Origin: Octopus bimaculoides
Taxonomy: Eukaryota
DNA: 33,289 nt
NCBI RefSeq assembly: GCF_001194135.2
Contig: NC_068981.1
Coordinates: 122,657,327 to 122,690,615 of the forward strand
Direction: 5' to 3'
The notes under the pieces were generated by a model. That model was not told the origin of the DNA. It searched no databases and was given only the letters and a program-made list of their open reading frames with translations. Position 1 is the first letter of the stretch, and every line of letters starts with the position of its first letter. Positions 23,881 to 33,289 of the stretch are shown here, piece after piece. The position numbers and the translations under genes are program-made.

Positions 23881-24182
23881 ATAGTGATATTTCTGATGTT
23901 GTTTTTTTCCTTTGGTTTTATTAATTTCTCTTCAATTTATTTGAATAATTGATTGCTATTTCGTAAGCTATTCCAGCATGATTTCCAAAAATCCCTGGCT
24001 GGTAACATTACCAATACGCTTTACAGAAACCAGACCATAACATTCCCATGCCTTTGCTTCTCTTTTTCTGTCATAGCACTTGCATTTGTAAACTCAAAAC
24101 ACACCATTTGTACCATTTTCAGTAACAATTTTGTTCTGCAAGTGAGTTATTATTTCAATAATATCTGTATTATGTTATTCCT

Positions 24183-24400
24183 AATATTGATTTCAATGTT
24201 TGGCACAAGGACAGCAATTTCGAGGGAGTAGGTAGGATGATTACAACGTTCCAAGCACTCAACTGGTAATTATTTTATTGACTCCGATAGGATCAAAGCC
24301 AAAGCCGGCCTCGGTTGTATTTGAACTCAGAACGTGAAGAAGAACGAAGCGCCGCTGAGTATTTTGCCCGACTTAGTAACGATTCTGCCAGTTCGGCGTC
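24183..24400 (-). mobile_element. Full-length SINE family A copy
   Basis: Reverse complement reads GACGCCGAACTGGCAGAATCGTTAC...TTCTGAGTTCAAATAC...GTGCCAAACATTGAAATCAATATT. It lies exactly 520 bp from the previous copy. Confidence 0.92.
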
Positions 24401-24429
24401 TTAGTAATATTTATAATATCGTTTATGAT

Positions 24430-25000
24430 CTAAAGATGTAGGGTTTAGTCTATAAATTTGAGAGATTGTTATTTCTTTAGTCTTCAGGGGTTAAAATGTT
24501 TCATTCCTTACTAAAACATTTCGGAGTTCTTTCTGGCTATTCAAATAAATCACAGAATAATTTTGAAACTACTAATAAAGTTTGGAAGTTTATGACTTCC
24601 TACAGAATTCTAATAAATCTCTCCTTTGCAGCATCTAAAATATTTCTTGTGTTGTTACAGAATAATGCAGCCCTTCAGCAATTGCTATTGATAAAAGCAT
24701 CCTTGTCTCCAGAATGTATATTTTCTGTCACTCTTACTCTCTAAAATATGTTTACTTTTTTTCCCAGTTTCGGAGATTGTTAAAATATTTTGGCTTGTTC
24801 AACGAATTGTCTCGTTTCCTAACCATGCATGATTTTGTGAGGATCTATTGCCCTAAGCGTCTTTGATTTCCAGTAGTTCTGTTTTATTATACTGTGCTGC
24901 ATTTTTAATAGTTTTCTAATATTTTAGTGATTTGGTTTGTATTTCTCTTTTTGTAATGTCGAGTTCATGGGAATTGAGTCGTCTTAAATGTTAATGTCTT
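24430..25000 (-). mobile_element. Possible ancient LINE relic (R4/Dong-like C-terminal region)
   Basis: T-rich + strand over ~22100-25400. Minus strand KIMHG at 24822-24836 recalls the 'KxxHGQF' motif downstream of RT in these LINEs. All other motifs are too eroded to confirm. Confidence 0.2.
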
Positions 25001-26304
25001 CTTACATTGTATGTTAACTTCACTCATTAGTAATTTTATTACTATATTAGTAGCTTTAATGTAGCAGGTTTATCCATTTCTGACTATTGTAACTTCTGCA
25101 TAGATACTTTTATTCGATTATATGCTATTTATGACAGCAAAAGTGTGTTGATTTATTTATTACTTTTGTTGCTATGTTAACTGGAGCAGCTTTCTTTGTT
25201 CAAGAGGAAGATCTGTCGAATTTAATTCTTAAAATATTACTGCTTTCAGATTATCGCCATATTTTAATGAGTGGCAGCTATGTTTTGAATTGTTATTGTT
25301 ATAATGTCGGATACTGATTATTTAATGGAATGTGTTATTTTATGAGGTAGCACATGCCTACATACGGCGTTGTTTTATTGGATATTTATTATACAGTGCA
25401 TATGTTTTCTGCAAAACGCATACTAATGGAAATGAAAGTGAAAGAAAAAGTATAGTGGAATTCCCATGAGGAATGACACAGGTCGGGTCGTATCTTCAAA
25501 GTCAAACTCACAGCTGTTTCTTCCTTTTCTCCCTCTTACGATCTTAACATTCTAAAATCACTGACCGAAACGTTCGATACTCCGTACTTCACGGCAGTTT
25601 TACTGCATGTTTTCTGCCATTTTTCCAAATAAAATAAATCTTGATGAAGTAGACTACCCCCAGGCTACTTGGATTCTACCTAATTGAATTTAAAGTGCCT
25701 TGCGTAGTAACTGCTTGTGTCAAACAAATGCCTTTTTTTTACTGTGTCATGCATGCTTATTGTTAATTTATTTTTATTTATCATAAATAAGACTACTGCT
25801 ATATGTACCATTGTATTCACTTTTCTGTTTTAAATTTTGGTTATTTTCATTTCAGGATATGAGTACTTTTCCTTCCCCACTTTTTTCTGATCAAAGTGGA
25901 TAGAGATATTTACTATAGTGTTGACATTTTCTTTCCAATTGCGGATCCTTTAACCAAAACTATTTACCTTGATCTACTTACCAGAACAATTTAACTTGAT
26001 TTCCTGTTAAAGCTTGACAAGGGCCTCCTAGATGTTCATGATCAAGTCATTGTCGGGCATAGCATTTTGGTATATGTTTATGGCACATTTTAATATTTTT
26101 CACTATAAGTGTGGTCTTGTTTTTGATAAAGGCTATGAATTTGCACAATCTCCGGAATATCTGACAAAATTCGTTGCAGTATGCTTTCGGTTCAAATATC
26201 TTAGAGGTTCACTCAGTATTTTCTAACGGTTTTATAACTTAATTACATGGCCAAAATATTTTAGAGGCTTACTATAAAATAGAGCACAATACTTGCCAAA
26301 CGCA

Positions 26305-26470
26305 TTTACTTATCAACTCAGGGGTAATGAAACGCCAAAGTCAAATTGGGTAACTGGAGTCGATGAAATAATATGCATATCATGAAGTGGCCAGTGGTGA
26401 TTAATTCGATTAAATCCCTCTACCAAATCTCTGACCAAGTCCCATATGTTACAGACAATTTTAATTATAA
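26305..26470. mobile_element. Decayed SINE family A fragments in opposite orientations
   Basis: 26305-26360 resembles the minus-strand core (ATGAAACGCCAAAGTCAA). 26385-26470 resembles the plus-strand 3' half (ATTCGATTAAATCCCTCTACCAAAT...). Confidence 0.3.
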
Positions 26471-26480
26471 TTATTATTCC

Positions 26481-26497
26481 TAGTAGTAGTACATGTG

Positions 26498-26565
<68 letters not shown>

Positions 26566-26703
26566 GGTGGTGGTGGTGGTGGTGGTGGTGGTGGTGGTGG
26601 TGGTGGTTGTGGTAGCAGTAGTAGATGCAGCAGCAGTAGTTTTTGTAGTAGTAGTAGTAGTAGTTGTTGTTGGTGGTGTAGTACTAGTTGCCGTAGTAGT
26701 AGT
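26481..26703. repeat. Compound (TAG)n/(TGG)n/(TTG)n trinucleotide array
   Basis: Directly visible. It explains the poly-S/G/V/P ORFs. Confidence 0.95.
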
Positions 26704-27767
26704 AGGACATTCTTGATTAAGTAGATCTGAGTATGCATTTCAGGACATTGCGATATTTCCATAGTGTGCCTTCTAAATTAACAGTGTGTAGTTATGTCAA
26801 CAGAGGGACACATGAAAGAGGGGCCGGAATAATATAATTAGACAAAATTTCATTATGGTTTATGTATGAAAATAATCTCCACAACGGCAACGGAAGAAAA
26901 ATGCCAAAATTTCAACTCCAACAAAAAACTTAATTTGATCATGAATGAATATGAAAAAAATTTAGCTACGTTTGCACAGCCTAAGGTCTCACTGAATTTA
27001 TTGCTCCGGAGACCAAAAATGGTGTCTGAACACAGAACTACTTGAAATACTTATGGTTTCATCATAAACATAAATCAATGAATAAGCAGTTTAAAATAAT
27101 AACCATTTAATAATTCCCAAGGAAACATCCAACCTGGAAAACATGCAGTTAAATAGTTTGTATATATGACGTGGTGAACAAGAATATATATTTTAATCAA
27201 TTTTGTCCCATAAAATTTCAATTAAATTCTAGAGCAAGGGCTGTACTTAACCTGTCGTATCTATTGTGATAACTTATATCTTTCGTTCTAAGATGCTTTT
27301 ATCAATGAATCATTTTAGAGCGGTTTGGACTGATCATAGACGGTTTTCATTACAGATAATATATTTGTGATGATAATTCAGCGTTGCACAGTTTGGGAGA
27401 ATTCACGAAGCTTAATTCCCAGGGAGTGAATGGAGTTATGTAAAAGTGTATGTCTTGATTTTCGTATCTATGAGACACTTAAATTTCGAAAATAGAATTG
27501 GAGCAACGAGATTAAATTTAACAGTGACAACAGTCCAAACATATAAGAAGATATCTCAGTCTTACCAATTGTAGTTTTTGGTTAGTTGAAATTCTGAGGA
27601 GTATATCAAATGATCCTTTTGGGGGAGATTCCTTACTAACGCAAAGAAATGGGTTTTTTCTAGAACACAGTTATAAATTTGATCATATACATATGGTAAA
27701 GTGCATGTTATAAAGTAAGGCATGTTGCACTTTGATATATGTTCATAAAAGAGAACAAAATCTTGTG

Positions 27768-27824
<57 letters not shown>
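27768..27824. repeat. (TA)n microsatellite
   Basis: Directly visible. Confidence 0.95.
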
Positions 27825-27829
<5 letters not shown>

Positions 27830-28294
27830 TTATGGGTTTCAGCCAAGTGGCTGTGGTCATTCTATCTTGGTGGTGGCAATGCGAATCAATATATATATAT
27901 ACTGTTATGAATATTTGGGAATTTATCTATCAGTATATATTTTTCAAATACATACACGCACGCATACATTCATATATGCATACATCGGAATGTACATTTG
28001 GATGCGAATTTCAGAAAAGTAGGCTATCATTTCTTTCTTTTCTCTCTCTCCTATCATCTTAACACCAAAAAATGACGATTGAAACAATAGGATATTATAA
28101 TGTTACAATAAGATTTTACTGGAGCTAAGAATGATATTTTCTTTCAGAATCATGCAATTGTCTGCAAGACATAAATATGATATATAGGTAAACACATTTT
28201 CTGATACACAGTGTATCGATCTTCCTAATTTCTCAATAGTATTTAGTAGAACCCAACCATGTTAAGACAATCCGTATGCATTTGTGCATGTATG

Positions 28295-28310
28295 TAAATA
28301 CACACAAACA

Positions 28311-28377
<67 letters not shown>
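28295..28377. repeat. (CA)n microsatellite running into a gap
   Basis: Directly visible. Confidence 0.95.
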
Positions 28378-29188
28378 NNNNNNNNNNNNNNNNNNNNNNN
28401 NNNNNNNNNNNNNNNNNNNNNNNNNNNNNNNNNNNNNNNNNNNNNNNNNNNNNNNNNNNNNNNNNNNNNNNNNNNNNNNNNNNNNNNNNNNNNNNNNNNN
28501 NNNNNNNNNNNNNNNNNNNNNNNNNNNNNNNNNNNNNNNNNNNNNNNNNNNNNNNNNNNNNNNNNNNNNNNNNNNNNNNNNNNNNNNNNNNNNNNNNNNN
28601 NNNNNNNNNNNNNNNNNNNNNNNNNNNNNNNNNNNNNNNNNNNNNNNNNNNNNNNNNNNNNNNNNNNNNNNNNNNNNNNNNNNNNNNNNNNNNNNNNNNN
28701 NNNNNNNNNNNNNNNNNNNNNNNNNNNNNNNNNNNNNNNNNNNNNNNNNNNNNNNNNNNNNNNNNNNNNNNNNNNNNNNNNNNNNNNNNNNNNNNNNNNN
28801 NNNNNNNNNNNNNNNNNNNNNNNNNNNNNNNNNNNNNNNNNNNNNNNNNNNNNNNNNNNNNNNNNNNNNNNNNNNNNNNNNNNNNNNNNNNNNNNNNNNN
28901 NNNNNNNNNNNNNNNNNNNNNNNNNNNNNNNNNNNNNNNNNNNNNNNNNNNNNNNNNNNNNNNNNNNNNNNNNNNNNNNNNNNNNNNNNNNNNNNNNNNN
29001 NNNNNNNNNNNNNNNNNNNNNNNNNNNNNNNNNNNNNNNNNNNNNNNNNNNNNNNNNNNNNNNNNNNNNNNNNNNNNNNNNNNNNNNNNNNNNNNNNNNN
29101 NNNNNNNNNNNNNNNNNNNNNNNNNNNNNNNNNNNNNNNNNNNNNNNNNNNNNNNNNNNNNNNNNNNNNNNNNNNNNNNNNNNNNAGT

Positions 29189-29921
29189 TTATCAAAATTC
29201 TTTCAGAATAATAAAAAAATGTTAAAAAACAGTTTGAGTATTAAAATGCATATATACATTCTTTGATGATAATAAGAGGAATATATTTAAAGTATAAAGC
29301 TTTGTACGAACTTTGTAGTGTTACATACTGATTAGCACACATTCTCTGATAATAAGATGAAAATGTTTAAAACAGTGTAAGTATGAAAATACATATATGG
29401 AAAAATACATATACATATTCTTTGATAATCGCAAAAATGAGGAGGAACTGGCCTGGCTTTTTTCTCTCTTGTGTGTATTGAGGGAATGTTTTGCTGTCTT
29501 AAGAGACAGTATGACTGGTTAGCTGGGGTGGGAGGAAGGAAGAGTTAAAAGGGATTTTTTAAATCTTATTTTTATTTTTGGTTTGTCTGTGAGCTAGTCT
29601 GTCATGGTTCACTGGTTTTGGAGACTGGTTTTGTGCACATCTCTATGTGTGTGTGTATATATGTGTGTTTGTCTCCGTGTGTGTGTGTGTGTGTATGTGT
29701 GTGTTTGCCGTTTTTATTGTATTTTCATACTTACACTGTTTTAAACATTTTCATCTTATTATCAGAGAATATGTGATAATCAGTATGTAACACTACAAAG
29801 TTCATACAAAGCTTTATATTTTAAATATATTCCTCTTATTATCATCAAAGAATGTATATATGCATTTTAATACTCAAACTGTTTTTTAACATTTTTTATT
29901 ATTCTCAAAGACTTTTGATAA
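29189..29921. repeat. Long inverted repeat: arms 29189-29393 and 29718-29921 around a 324-bp spacer
   Basis: Manual reverse-complement alignment gives 6 substitutions and 1 indel over ~205 bp. The left arm abuts the N gap ending at 29185, so the arms may be longer. Confidence 0.95.
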
Positions 29922-30974
29922 TCTTTTTCTAAAAAAGTTAAATCGGTTAAGTAAATAAATATCTTTAAAATAAGTGCATTTTCAAACCTTCTTTCATATA
30001 TATTTCTACTCGTACGGTATTCCACAACTTTACTTTATTATANNNNNNNNNNNNNNNNNNNNNNNNNNNNNNNNNNNNNNNNNNNNNNNNNNNNNNNNNN
30101 NNNNNNNNNNNNNNNNNNNNNNNNNNNNNNNNNNNNNNNNNNNNNNNNNNNNNNNNNNNNNNNNNNNNNNNNNNNNNNNNNNNNNNNNNNNNNNNNNNNN
30201 NNNNNNNNNNNNNNNNNNNNNNNNNNNNNNNNNNNNNNNNNNNNNNNNNNNNNNNNNNNNNNNNNNNNNNNNNNNNNNNNNNNNNNNNNNNNNNNNNNNN
30301 NNNNNNNNNNNNNNNNNNNNNNNNNNNNNNNNNNNNNNNNNNNNNNNNNNNNNNNNNNNNNNNNNNNNNNNNNNNNNNNNNNNNNNNNNNNNNNNNNNNN
30401 NNNNNNNNNNNNNNNNNNNNNNNNNNNNNNNNNNNNNNNNNNNNNNNNNNNNNNNNNNNNNNNNNNNNNNNNNNNNNNNNNNNNNNNNNNNNNNNNNNNN
30501 NNNNNNNNNNNNNNNNNNNNNNNNNNNNNNNNNNNNNNNNNNNNNNNNNNNNNNNNNNNNNNNNNNNNNNNNNNNNNNNNNNNNNNNNNNNNNNNNNNNN
30601 NNNNNNNNNNNNNNNNNNNNNNNNNNNNNNNNNNNNNNNNNNNNNNNNNNNNNNNNNNNNNNNNNNNNNNNNNNNNNNNNNNNNNNNNNNNNNNNNNNNN
30701 NNNNNNNNNNNNNNNNNNNNNNNNNNNNNNNNNNNNNNNNNNNNNNNNNNNNNNNNNNNNNNNNNNNNNNNNNNNNNNNNNNNNNNNNNNNNNNNNNNNN
30801 NNNNNNNNNNNNNNNNNNNNNNNNNNNNNNNNNNNNNNNNNNNNNNNNNNNNNNNNNNNNNNNNNNNNNNNNNNNNNNNNNNNNNNNNNNNNNNNNNNNN
30901 NNNNNNNNNNNNNNNNNNNNNNNNNNNNNNNNNNNNNNNNNNNNNNNNNNNNNNNNNNNNNNNNNNNNNNNNNN

Positions 30975-33288
30975 CCTGACAACAACAGTAACAGAACTTA
31001 TAGACATAACTACAACCCTATCAAAAGAACCCAGGTACCCACCAACCCAAGACAAAACTTTACCAGACTCTATAGATCCCAGCCCACACTAGAACAGTTC
31101 CAAAATCGAAGGTCCCACCTATCACACAGGAGTTCACCCGCAAACCACGATTATAGATTCCAACCCAAACCGTTCCAAACTCGGAGACCCCATCCACCAT
31201 ATAGAAACTCACCTCTAAACCAAGATTGGAGGTTCCAACCCACTTTAAGGAACCAAACTTACACCCAGTACCAGCTACCCAGACCCCGAAATAACCAAAG
31301 CTCCTTTAGCAGGCAACACATCAATGGGGGAAAGCTCAACACACACCAAAATTACCGCAAACATAAGAACCCCCAGAAATCATTTTTTAGGCCAAGGCAA
31401 CAGATCTCACGACACCAGATGGTACACACCAGCCCTGAAAAACCAGAACTAGTGAATCTCTCAAGCCTAAACCTGTCGAACCAACGAATTAAAATCCTTT
31501 CAAAAGGACTAAAATTCACTCCAACTCCACAATACCCCAACTTGAGTGAAATACAGGATGATGTCTCCCACTTTTTTTAGAAAATTACGCCTCACAGAGG
31601 AATCTTTTGACAAAGAAATCAATAACGACGAATCAATGGTTCGTAACAAGAACAATTATGATCCCATAAAAGGTAAAAAATAAAACATTGGACAAATTTT
31701 GTGAGTACATTTCGAACTTTCCTTATAATGAACATCCACAACCTAAACCCAAACCCAACACCAGTAAAAACGAATGGAAAATCATCCATGAGTTACGAAA
31801 CAATCATGACATCACAATAAAAAAAGCAGATAAGGGTAGCACTGTCGTCATTATGGATACAGAACAATACAAAAACTCTGTATCTCAACTCTTACAAGGC
31901 ACTACGTACTATGAAAGAGTAGTCAACTACCAACAAACAAGAACAATGACCAAATTAAACACACTCATTTGCCAACATCGAAACAACTTAACAACAAAGG
32001 AATGCGACTACCTAGCAAACTTTAATTGCAAAACCAGCAATCTCTATNNNNNNNNNNNNNNNNNNNNNNNNNNNNNNNNNNNNNNNNNNNNNNNNNNNNN
32101 NNNNNNNNNNNNNNNNNNNNNNNNNNNNNNNNNNNNNNNNNNNNNNNNNNNNNNNNNNNNNNNNNNNNNNNNNNNNNNNNNNNNNNNNNNNNNNNNNNNN
32201 NNNNNNNNNNNNNNNNNNNNNNNNNNNNNNNNNNNNNNNNNNACATACCGATAAAGACATTTTCATTGTTTCCTTTGATGTAATAAATCTTTACACTACG
32301 ATCCCACATCAATATGGACTGGAAGCCATTAAATTCTGGCTAGAAAAATACCCCAATGAGATCCCAGAAAGAATAAAAAAAGAATTCATCATCGAGGGCC
32401 TTAAGTTTATCCTTCAAAACAATTTTTTGAATTTTAATGATAACACCTACAGACAGGTATCAGGGACTGCAATGGGGACTAAAGTTGCCCCTACATATGC
32501 AAACCCGGTGATGGCCTACTTAGAATTGCAGATCTACGACAATTCCAAAACTAGATATGGCCTGTCTTCCCACCAATACTTGTTGAAGAATTGGAAACTT
32601 TACTTGGATGATTGCCTCATCCTATGGTCCCACACACTCGAGCAACTCTTTGACTTCAAAACCCTAATCAACAGTTTCAACAACCATATCCAATTTACAA
32701 TGGAATACAGTCAAGACCGACTTCCTTTTCTTGACATTCTCATTATAAAAATAGGTACCAGCATTGAGACTGATATTCATTACAAACCGACTGATTCCAA
32801 GCAATACCTTCTGTTCACCTCCAATCACCCAAAACATACAAAGACAAACATTCCCTTCAACCTTGCGAGAAGAATTTGCACAATTGTCTCTAATTATAGA
32901 ACTCGAAATAAAAGACTCGAAGAACTGAAGGCAATTCTTCTCGAAAGACATTACCCAGCATCGTTAATTGACAATGGAATAGAACGGGCCAACACAATTG
33001 CTACCCATGACCTGCGAAAACCGAAACACATACACGGCACGTTAAATAGTCTCCCATATCTCTCAACACACAATCCTAGAAATGCAGAAGCTTACACAAT
33101 AATATACAAAAATCATCCCACTATTGAATCAAGACCCACGTCTAAAAAGAGTACTCGCAACCCATAAAATAATAAAAAGCAAAAGACAACCCAAATCCCT
33201 GAAAAACCTACTCACGAATGCAAAATTGCCCAACACAAGCCCACCACCTACCGTAAAAAAATGTGGTTGTTCCAACTGCAGGACTTGC
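30975..33288 (+). pseudogene. PLE reverse transcriptase ORF, frameshifted
   Basis: Open 30975-31577 (frame 3). +1 shift in T7 (31572-31578), +1 shift in A6 (31675-31680), gap at 32048-32242, open 32244-33113, extra base at ~33114, -1 shift at ~33222-33225. No premature stop in the reconstructed frame. Confidence 0.85.
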
Positions 33289-33289
33289 A
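30975..33289 (+). mobile_element. Penelope-like retroelement (probably Neptune group), 5' end in gap, 3' end beyond window
   Basis: PLE motifs in the expected order: VNLSSLNLS...LSKGLKFTPTP (31452 on), IKKADKGSTVVIMD (~31817), VSFDVINLYTTIP (~32268), GTAMGTKVAPTYAN (~32464), YLDD (32601-32612), LPFLDI, YKPTDSKQYLLFTSNHPKH, then KRQPKSLKNLL and CGCSNCRTC (33262-33288), the Cys-rich linker that precedes GIY-YIG in Neptune-type PLEs. Confidence 0.93.

Noticed and set aside
25440-25630. Minus-strand AVKYGVSNVSVSDF resembling a pogo/Tigger HTH
   Set aside because: One short motif with an in-frame stop nearby and no TIRs. Could be chance.
26984-27020. GGTCTC...GAGACC small inverted repeat
   Set aside because: A 6-7 bp stem is expected by chance in 33 kb.
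2194-30985. Most ORFs in the supplied track (poly-YI, CV, HT, LS, V, S/G, X runs)
   Set aside because: They are translations of microsatellites and N gaps, not genes.
31352-32951. Minus-strand ORFs at 31352-31540 and 32664-32951
   Set aside because: Antisense shadows of the PLE coding strand.

Overview
AT-rich, gapped draft-assembly window from an animal genome. The SINE families and microsatellite load look like an octopus or other coleoid cephalopod (inferred from remembered repeat consensus, not a search). I can support no intact host gene, tRNA, rRNA or CRISPR array. Nearly all ORFs in the supplied track are microsatellite or N-gap artefacts. The real content is: (1) a young but frameshifted Penelope-like retroelement (RT, cut off at the Cys-rich linker before the expected GIY-YIG) at 30975-33289; (2) a ~97% identical 205-bp inverted repeat with modular arms at 29189-29921; (3) about ten copies of a tRNA-derived SINE, several with 20-25 bp direct repeats that begin at AATATT, including one site hit twice; (4) a 5'-truncated LINE tail encoding two C2H2 fingers at 11108-11303 (minus); (5) an internally deleted DNA-transposon (hAT/hATm-like) remnant at 9605-10321; (6) faint older LINE relics and many microsatellites. 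N gaps: 2391-2400, 4743-5066, 7573-7963, 11362-11371, 14329-14508, 15592-16305, 17335-17552, 28378-29185, 30043-30974, 32048-32242. I see no clearly new biological system. The best leads concern mobile-element mechanism and dsRNA-forming structure.
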